Source: a virus
Reading direction: 5' to 3' (one strand)
DNA length: 64,000 bases
Virus record (IMG/VR): IMGVR_UViG_3300045988_148900
Coordinates: 70,552 to 134,551 of that record
The position numbers were made by a program, and so were the translations under genes. Every line of letters starts with the position of its first letter. The stretch's first letter is position 1. A model generated the notes under the pieces. It saw nothing but the letters and a program-made list of their open reading frames with translations. It had not been told where the DNA came from and did no database searches. This document shows, piece by piece, positions 1 through 6,624 of the stretch.

Positions 1-50
1 CTGACCATATTATAAAAAGATATATCCGGTAAACCCACATTGAATTTACT

Positions 51-63
51 GGATATATAATTG
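51..63 (-). promoter_or_regulatory. phage-specific promoter word CAATTATATATCC
   Basis: Exact copy; 42 nt above an ATG at 8 (gene runs off the window); forms one arm of a 13-bp inverted repeat with 16-28. Confidence 0.5.
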
Positions 64-78
64 ATTGTCCCATGCAAG

Positions 79-879
79 CTACAGGTCGGCAAACTCGTCG
101 AAATCCGACACACCACTCGACGCAGGAGTAGAACTAACAGACTCCGCAACACCCGGAATCGACGAATCGAAGCCATCAATAACAGGAGGTTCCGGTAGAG
201 TAATACCAGCCGGAGCAGGCTCCAAATAATCAGCAGGCTCATCAGTAGCCTTAGGCTCAATAGCATCCTGACGAGGAGCAACCGTCTTGCCTTTAGGCTT
301 ACGAACCTTCTCATCCGGAACCGCAGTAGTCGACGTGCCTACAACATCGGCAGGCTGCACAGCCGAGAATTCATCATAAGAAACATGATCCTCCGAATCA
401 GCGGAACCAGCAGGAGCGTCGAAGCCATTCTCCGAACCAAACTCACGCTCAATAATAGCTACGAAACGATCCTTCTCCTCACGAGTCTTGAGACTCGAGA
501 AAAGAGCAAGCAACCGACGATCCTCAGGAGAGAACGTGTCCTCAGGGAACAACGACTTGCCCTGAGCAATCTTAGCCTCCAACTTCACAACCTCAAGAAC
601 GCGCTTCATGAGAATGTCGTACTCAACAGAACACTCCACACGAGTAAGCGTAGGCAACTCCTCAACAAGAAGAGTGTTGTAACGCTCATCCAAAGCACGC
701 ATCAAAGACATGCTCTCCTCAGCCATACTATGCATCTTCTGCAACGCAGAACAAGCCATAGTAGAGACCCCAAGCTGAACCGCCCGAAGCGCAACTCCCT
801 GAGCCTGCTCGGACTCCATACCAAGACGTACCAACTGCTCCAAGTTCATAACAGGAGCCAAAGACTTATTATCCTCCAT
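79..879 (-). CDS. hypothetical protein
   Basis: 266-codon ATG-initiated ORF on the strand used by all phage genes; no recognisable motif. Confidence 0.55.
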   Translation of the reverse strand: MEDNKSLAPVMNLEQLVRLGMESEQAQGVALRAVQLGVSTMACSALQKMHSMAEESMSLMRALDERYNTLLVEELPTLTRVECSVEYDILMKRVLEVVKLEAKIAQGKSLFPEDTFSPEDRRLLALFSSLKTREEKDRFVAIIEREFGSENGFDAPAGSADSEDHVSYDEFSAVQPADVVGTSTTAVPDEKVRKPKGKTVAPRQDAIEPKATDEPADYLEPAPAGITLPEPPVIDGFDSSIPGVAESVSSTPASSGVSDFDEFADL

Positions 880-888
880 GAAAAAAAA

Positions 889-1449
889 CTAAATATTATT
901 GCAAAAATCTACCATCATATCCAAAACAGCCTCCGTAGCCTCCAACTCCGACTGTCGCTTATGAAGACCACGCTGGCAAAACACAAGCAACGACGGCACT
1001 AAACGCCGCGGAACATCAATACGTGAGAAACCAGCATCGCCAGAAAGATAAGGAAGCAAATCGGAAAGCTCCGACGGTACAATCTCCGGAACCTTACCCT
1101 TCGACGGCGAAACAGACTCAAGCCTATCTTCACGGTTCAATCTACGTAACAAATTGCCAGCCTCATTGCGAATCATCGTATAAAGATAATTATACGGTGA
1201 CATCGACTTATCGAAACGATCGTGACGCTCCATAATAGTCATCAAAGCCTGACTACGCAAATCGTCAAAGTCCTGATAATACTTGCCAAAGTGAGTATTC
1301 AAAACAATACTGATAACCTTGTGAATCTCGTCAAGCTCCCGAGACGTAACCTCAGAAACAGGATGAAGATAAAACTGAAGAAGTATCTTCTTATCTATCG
1401 CAACACGAGCGGTAGAAGAACTGACAAGTATCTCTGACGAATCACACAT
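889..1449 (-). CDS. putative phage sigma-70-family factor (region 2-like)
   Basis: Segment DLRSQALMTIMERHDRFDKSMSPYNYLYTMIRNEAGNLLRRLNRE resembles sigma-70/ECF region 2 (DL.Q..l.l......fd.....YL..I.rN...d..R). Confidence 0.4.
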   Translation of the reverse strand: MCDSSEILVSSSTARVAIDKKILLQFYLHPVSEVTSRELDEIHKVISIVLNTHFGKYYQDFDDLRSQALMTIMERHDRFDKSMSPYNYLYTMIRNEAGNLLRRLNREDRLESVSPSKGKVPEIVPSELSDLLPYLSGDAGFSRIDVPRRLVPSLLVFCQRGLHKRQSELEATEAVLDMMVDFCNNI

Positions 1450-1694
1450 GGCTGTAGTAACTTTTTAAGTAATCCAAAACTCGAAAACGTGTGGTCCTAT
1501 CAGCTAAAGGCCACCAATAAACACACTTCAACTCCTCTTTATGAACATGAGGCTTACATCGGTAATCTACAGTAGTCCACGTGCGGGGCTTGAATGAACT
1601 CGTAAGATGCGGACGTGTAAACTCCTCTATGACATCGGACGTCTTTAACAACGACGGCAACCAAAAAGGCCGTGTATCATCAAAAGATAAACAC
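1442..1694 (-). pseudogene. C-terminal fragment of a phage ORF split by the tnpB element
   Basis: Frame continues exactly from 2958..3124 if the element and one AAACAC copy are removed; the track ORF 1442..1768 is a chimera that starts inside the element. Confidence 0.7.
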
Positions 1695-2957
1695 AGGTGA
1701 TTATATACAATTCTACACTGCACATATTGGCGTTTCATCGACTTCGTAACCTCCGTCTCCACGCCCATCGAACCGTCCCACCGACGGCAAAAACATCGCT
1801 AAACCCTCTCTCAAAATGTTGCTGGCGGCATTTAAGTCTCGGTCGTGGACCGTACCACATTGTGGACACGCCCAAGTCCTATTGCCTAACGTAAGACCGT
1901 CGTTCTTGTAGCCGCAACACCCACAGGTCTTGCTACTCGGGAAGAAACGGTCGATCTTTAAAACCGTCTTACCCAACCAACGCGCCTTATATTCCAAGAC
2001 ACGAACGAACTCAAACCAACATACACTCTGGATGGATTTAGCTAATCTATGGTTACCCATCATGCCCTTAACATTCAAGTCCTCGATAAAAATGGCTTGG
2101 TTCTCACCTAAAATACCGTTGACTGCATGATGGATAAAGTTATGAATTAAATTACGTTTCTTAGCATATAGTTTATTGATTTTTAATCTTATCTCCGCAC
2201 GGCGACGACTGCCTTTCTGTCGTCTTGCTTCTATTTTCTGCAAGCGGGATATCCGACGATCGATGACGTCCGCGAAACGCGGATTAGGTATCTTGCGACC
2301 GTCGGAGGTAACCACAAAGTCCTTCAAACCCAAGTCCAGCCCGACACACTTGGACTGGCTTGTGATAGGCGTGGGTTTAAGCTCAGGAACACCCGTCTCG
2401 ACAAGGCAACTCACCCAAAAGAGTCCGCAGCCGTCGCAACTTACCGTGACGTTACGTAACTGACCCGCAAACCGACGATCCTGCTTATAGCGTACTAAAC
2501 CAATCTTCGATAGTTTGATGTGACTACTTTCCTGATCGACACCACAATGGGTGGACGGAAAACGACATGATAGCTTGCTCCGATGCTTCGACTTAAACCT
2601 TGGAAAACCCTGATGCGTCCGGAAAAACATCCGGTAAGCACTATACATATCTCGAACCGACTGAACCAAACAAACCGCAGGAACGTCATACAACCATGCG
2701 TACTCGGACTTCAGGCCCGTCATCAAGTTAATACATTCGAACTCCGACAAGGACGTCTTATCTGTCTTGTAAGCCTTAATCTTAATATCAAGCGTAGCAT
2801 TATAAACAAACCGACAACAACCGAACGTCTGACGCAACATTGCCTGCTGCGTCTTGTTCGGATAAAGCCGATATTTATAAGCACGCTTCATATCACAAAG
2901 ATAGTTATTTATTTACATCTATGCAAGACGGTAGTGTAAAATTGTATGTAATCACCT
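1695..2957 (-). mobile_element. 1263-bp tnpB-only insertion element, copy A, with TIRs and 6-bp TSD
   Basis: 27-nt imperfect TIRs at 1695-1721 and 2931-2957 (24/27); direct repeats AAACAC at 1689-1694 and 2958-2963; homology to copy B stops exactly at these ends. Confidence 0.85.
1713..2891 (-). CDS. tnpB: TnpB (IS605 OrfB-family RNA-guided nuclease)
   Basis: YRLYPNKTQ start, RuvC motifs GLDLGLKD / IEDLNVKGM / HDRDLNAASNI, zinc ribbon CGCCG..CPQCG. Confidence 0.93.
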   Translation of the reverse strand: MKRAYKYRLYPNKTQQAMLRQTFGCCRFVYNATLDIKIKAYKTDKTSLSEFECINLMTGLKSEYAWLYDVPAVCLVQSVRDMYSAYRMFFRTHQGFPRFKSKHRSKLSCRFPSTHCGVDQESSHIKLSKIGLVRYKQDRRFAGQLRNVTVSCDGCGLFWVSCLVETGVPELKPTPITSQSKCVGLDLGLKDFVVTSDGRKIPNPRFADVIDRRISRLQKIEARRQKGSRRRAEIRLKINKLYAKKRNLIHNFIHHAVNGILGENQAIFIEDLNVKGMMGNHRLAKSIQSVCWFEFVRVLEYKARWLGKTVLKIDRFFPSSKTCGCCGYKNDGLTLGNRTWACPQCGTVHDRDLNAASNILREGLAMFLPSVGRFDGRGDGGYEVDETPICAV

Positions 2958-3124
2958 AAACACAAACCAATACGCTGATGCGTAGTGTAATAATGCTCCG
3001 CGCGACATATCCAACGACATATAATCCTCCGCCGCCAACTACCAACACCACTCAGAATACTCCAAACTATCCTCTTCATCTCACCTATGACAACCTTAAC
3101 TTTTGACTGTATAAATCCCTCCAA
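2958..3124 (-). pseudogene. N-terminal fragment of the phage ORF split by the tnpB element
   Basis: Reads ..HQRIGLCL up to the element boundary, then runs into the TIR; start is TTG at 3124 or ATG at 3079. Confidence 0.6.
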
Positions 3125-3150
3125 AAACCAGTTTCCGAAGCACGACTCCT

Positions 3151-4173
3151 CTACCTATTTCCAGACCGCGTGCTCACAGTACGCTCTATTAACGACCTAA
3201 GCAAAACTTCAACACCTACCTCCGACCCCAAAGCCTGCTGAGCCAAAGGAGAAAAGAAGAACCCAAACAGAGTCTTACCCAAACCTGCCTTCTGAAGCCG
3301 AAACTCAACAGAACCCTCATCAGTAGTAGCGTAAATATTACGCAACAACAAACCAACGGACATCCGAACATCTATAGTCGGATACAACAGCAACTCCGAA
3401 AGAAGAGACGACGGATCTGTACCCCCAGACTTCGAAAAGCAAGCAACAATGAAATCACGGAACTTGAAGTAAGAACTATCCAAAGCACGCGGACCCGCAA
3501 GCTCATAGAACTGAAGAAGCTGAAGAGCATTACGCATATGACCCTCCGACTTCATAGCCAAAATGTGAAGCTCGTCCGCAGACAACCGAGTACCACGACT
3601 CGCAGCGATCTTAGCAACATGAGCCTCAACCAACGGAAGAGGAATAGTACTAATGTCGATATTCACACACCGAGACTTCAAAGTAGGCGAAATATCCTCC
3701 GTACCACAAAACATGAAAATAGTATTAGGAACACCCTCCTCAACCGTCTTCAAAAGAGCATCACTACTACTACGAGAAATGGCCTGAACCTCGTCCAAGA
3801 CCACAACACGACGCCCTTCCGGCACTACCATAAGCTGCTCCTTAAGACGTCTAATCCCCTCAATATTGCCCACAACCGTACCATCAAGCTCCCAGTAAAG
3901 ACTCGAGTTGGACGCAGAAGCCTCCTGACACCCAGCACACGCATTACAAACGTCGTCCTTGTGCTTAAACTCCGTACAATTCATAGCTCTGCCAAAAATA
4001 CGAGCTATGCTTGACTTCCCTGAACCGAAGCTTCCCTTCAAAAACAAGGCCCGGGCTGCAATCCCGTCAGCATGGGCTATACGCTTCAGAGTCGTAACAG
4101 CCAAATCCTGACCAACCATCTCGCCAAAGGTCTTCGGCCTATACAAATTAGCTAAATTCTGATCCTGCGCCAT
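3151..4173 (-). CDS. clamp-loader AAA+ ATPase (DNA polymerase III gamma/tau, DnaX-like)
   Basis: LYRPKTFGEMVGQD, Walker A GSFGSGKSS, Cys cluster CNACAGC, Walker B VVVLDEV, sensor TLKSRC. Confidence 0.75.
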   Translation of the reverse strand: MAQDQNLANLYRPKTFGEMVGQDLAVTTLKRIAHADGIAARALFLKGSFGSGKSSIARIFGRAMNCTEFKHKDDVCNACAGCQEASASNSSLYWELDGTVVGNIEGIRRLKEQLMVVPEGRRVVVLDEVQAISRSSSDALLKTVEEGVPNTIFMFCGTEDISPTLKSRCVNIDISTIPLPLVEAHVAKIAASRGTRLSADELHILAMKSEGHMRNALQLLQFYELAGPRALDSSYFKFRDFIVACFSKSGGTDPSSLLSELLLYPTIDVRMSVGLLLRNIYATTDEGSVEFRLQKAGLGKTLFGFFFSPLAQQALGSEVGVEVLLRSLIERTVSTRSGNR

Positions 4174-4176
4174 AAA

Positions 4177-4509
4177 CTACTCCTCCGGCTTGAACAAAGA
4201 ATAAAGAAGATCTGCGTCCAAGGAAACCCAGAAATCTATATCAGCATCATGAAAAACCTCCGAGTGCGATATCCACTCGTCCGTGTCATGGTAAACAACT
4301 TCAACGATAAAACCACTCGTGAGAAAAGCTAAAACCGAAGACCCAACACGAGGATGTTGATCAGAAGGCTTATAAGAACGCACATCCGGACCGAAAAGAT
4401 TCTCAAGGACCGCTATAACGCCTCGCCGACACGAACCATAACTCAGAAGCCGATCCAACTCCGAAAGCCTCCGGGCTATCCCATCAACAAATGAATCAAG
4501 CTGCTTCAT
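4177..4509 (-). CDS. hypothetical protein
   Basis: 110-codon ATG ORF; weak promoter-word variant 21 nt upstream. Confidence 0.5.
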   Translation of the reverse strand: MKQLDSFVDGIARRLSELDRLLSYGSCRRGVIAVLENLFGPDVRSYKPSDQHPRVGSSVLAFLTSGFIVEVVYHDTDEWISHSEVFHDADIDFWVSLDADLLYSLFKPEE

Positions 4510-4530
4510 TGCCTTAACCCAAAAAATATA

Positions 4531-4543
4531 GGAGTTATAATTG
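4531..4543 (-). promoter_or_regulatory. degenerate promoter word (CAATTATAACTCC)
   Basis: 21 nt above ATG 4509; 3 changes from consensus. Confidence 0.25.
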
Positions 4544-5320
4544 CTACTCCCTACCTAAACACTTGAATAACTTCTCAATATGAGATACAGCTGCACCCTC
4601 CTTAGAGTACATAAGATTACGCTTCTCGTTGGACCAAATAAGCTCCCAACGCCCCCAATCCGGCTCCGTATACTCTGAAAGATAAACATCACAATGATTA
4701 TCGTCTACCTGGGAACAGGCCCAACGGTAAAAAGCAGCATGATCAAAAGCATTAGACTTCCCATCGCCTGTCTTGTATCCTGAAACGCTGCGGTAAGGAA
4801 TATCATTGTAAACCATTGATTCTGAGGGTATTACGAGATCTCTGTAGTCTCCGCTGAACAACTTGACGTCACGCATGCCGCTATGATACTTCATGGTGAA
4901 CTGACGATAGATAGATGCACGGTTCCGGTCCTGATACATCTTCCCTGCGTAGCCCTGAAAGTAAGTGGCCTTAAAGGAGCAGCAGAAGCCAACATAAGCT
5001 ATAAACCAAGACTGATACTCGTCCTTATGAGCCCGGATGTAAAGGTAATCCTCCTTAGAAACCTCCTCCGGAAAGGTGTCTGCAGGAAAGCACCACTCAC
5101 AGGTGCGCTCATCGAAGTAAACCTTCTCCTGAAGGTATTTGAACATGTCAACAATGACATGATTATACTCATTGCCCCAACGAGGACCACTCATGGCGGT
5201 AACAACATTGAAACCACCACCAAAGGCATCCACAAATAACTGATCCGGCGAACGCCTACGAGACTCCAAGATTGGAATTATCTGCTCAAGGATGCCTCCC
5301 TTGCTACCCATGTAAACCAC
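4544..5320 (-). CDS. dam: DNA N6-adenine methyltransferase (D12/Dam-like)
   Basis: N-terminal Y.GSKGG, SAM motif FVDAFGGGFNV, catalytic-like NDIPY; GTG start at 5320 or ATG at 5311; composition lacks the phage skew. Confidence 0.6.
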   Translation of the reverse strand: MVYMGSKGGILEQIIPILESRRRSPDQLFVDAFGGGFNVVTAMSGPRWGNEYNHVIVDMFKYLQEKVYFDERTCEWCFPADTFPEEVSKEDYLYIRAHKDEYQSWFIAYVGFCCSFKATYFQGYAGKMYQDRNRASIYRQFTMKYHSGMRDVKLFSGDYRDLVIPSESMVYNDIPYRSVSGYKTGDGKSNAFDHAAFYRWACSQVDDNHCDVYLSEYTEPDWGRWELIWSNEKRNLMYSKEGAAVSHIEKLFKCLGRE

Positions 5321-5343
5321 TGTAAATCTGTGTTTTATAAAGT

Positions 5344-5943
5344 TTAACTGAACCTGAACTTCAAATTAGACAAAAACTGCTCCGTAAGATCATTAAAAGG
5401 CATGTCTGGAAACATTAACGTAACACGCTTCCCATAACTGCTGTAAAACGACTGAACCTTAGAACCAGCACGAAGACCCGTGTTCGTCTCCTTGCCAAAG
5501 TCATTATCACAACAATAAGAAATATCATCAAACAAAGACAATACAATATGAGTAGCTTTTCGATTGCCTGCCAAGGACGTAAAACCTAAGACATTACGAT
5601 CCGGAAAACACAGCTTAGCAGACAGGTAATCAGAAACACCCTCAGTGATAATAACAGAGCGATCCTGTAGATTTAATAACGAAAGACCTACAAGACCAAA
5701 ATGATCTATAACCGTATCCTTAACCTTTGAACCAACGGAGCGCGTATACCAAAAAGATACCCGCGCTCCAGATGGATTAGGAAGCCGCTCGATCACATCT
5801 ACAGAAACACTCTCCGTAATAAGATTATTACGAACCTCAACACCTCCGCGAACCCCGCCCCACAACTCCAGCAACTGAAGCCACTGGTAGTTCTTAAGAC
5901 GAAAGCCATCCGGAAGACGAATGTGATCAAGCGGCAAAAGCAT
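5344..5943 (-). CDS. Toprim-domain protein (primase-like)
   Basis: VIITEGVSDYLS ... CCDNDFGKETNTG resembles Toprim E...DxD motifs. Confidence 0.5.
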   Translation of the reverse strand: MLLPLDHIRLPDGFRLKNYQWLQLLELWGGVRGGVEVRNNLITESVSVDVIERLPNPSGARVSFWYTRSVGSKVKDTVIDHFGLVGLSLLNLQDRSVIITEGVSDYLSAKLCFPDRNVLGFTSLAGNRKATHIVLSLFDDISYCCDNDFGKETNTGLRAGSKVQSFYSSYGKRVTLMFPDMPFNDLTEQFLSNLKFRFS

Positions 5944-5948
5944 GACAA

Positions 5949-6257
5949 CTACTCTGACGCCTCGCCCGAAACCCCAGCAGCCTCAGCAGACGGCGAAACA
6001 ATAGGCTCCAAATAATAGAACCCGCCCCAACGACTCCGAATCTTGAATACGTCGCCGACGAGATGCTGAACCTTATTCTTGATGACACGCAAATTGCGAA
6101 TCTCGACCTCTAACTTCGTGCACAAGTCCGTAACACTCACACGATCCCCAACAGGAACCTCCGTCAAAAGACGCCAGAAAGAAGCCTGCATGTGAGTAAG
6201 ATCAACACTTACACCATCCTTCAAAACTACACTCTCACGATCTACACTTCTTGCCAT
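5949..6257 (-). CDS. hypothetical protein
   Basis: 102-codon ATG ORF, tightly packed. Confidence 0.5.
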   Translation of the reverse strand: MARSVDRESVVLKDGVSVDLTHMQASFWRLLTEVPVGDRVSVTDLCTKLEVEIRNLRVIKNKVQHLVGDVFKIRSRWGGFYYLEPIVSPSAEAAGVSGEASE

Positions 6258-6582
6258 AATTTAAAACTTTTGTTAAAATAAAATCTATAAAGACATCTAA
6301 AATGGACTCCAAGCCTGCATAAGGACAGTACGGAAACCTAAGCTCACCATACTGTGCGTCGCAAGACCCGCTAAGTAAGCCCTCAATCTGTAAAAACGAA
6401 TCGTCTGAAACGCGTACAAGCCTAATGAAGCCAAAGACACCTAAATCGTCCCAGCCAAAACTTACACAACCACGAGTTGGGATGACAGGAGACAACAACG
6501 GCGACTGAGGCTGAACTATAAGGACATTCATCAGCTCCCACCGCAAACGACGACGCAACTCGAACTCTAAATCAAAATCCAT
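6235..6582 (-). CDS. hypothetical protein
   Basis: 115-codon ATG ORF overlapping the downstream gene by 23 nt. Confidence 0.5.
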   Translation of the reverse strand: MDFDLEFELRRRLRWELMNVLIVQPQSPLLSPVIPTRGCVSFGWDDLGVFGFIRLVRVSDDSFLQIEGLLSGSCDAQYGELRFPYCPYAGLESILDVFIDFILTKVLNYGKKCRS

Positions 6583-6624
6583 AACGCAAAAGTAAGTAGA
6601 ATAAAATTGATAAACAAATTGTAT

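Noticed and set aside
1442-1768. 108-codon ORF as an intact gene
   Set aside because: Its first 25 codons lie inside the tnpB element in an alternate frame. The rest is the C-terminal fragment of the gene split by the insertion.
1695-2957. Self-splicing IStron or group I intron explanation for the element that interrupts an ORF
   Set aside because: I could recognise no group I or group II intron-like conserved structure. The TIRs plus target duplication explain the junctions fully.
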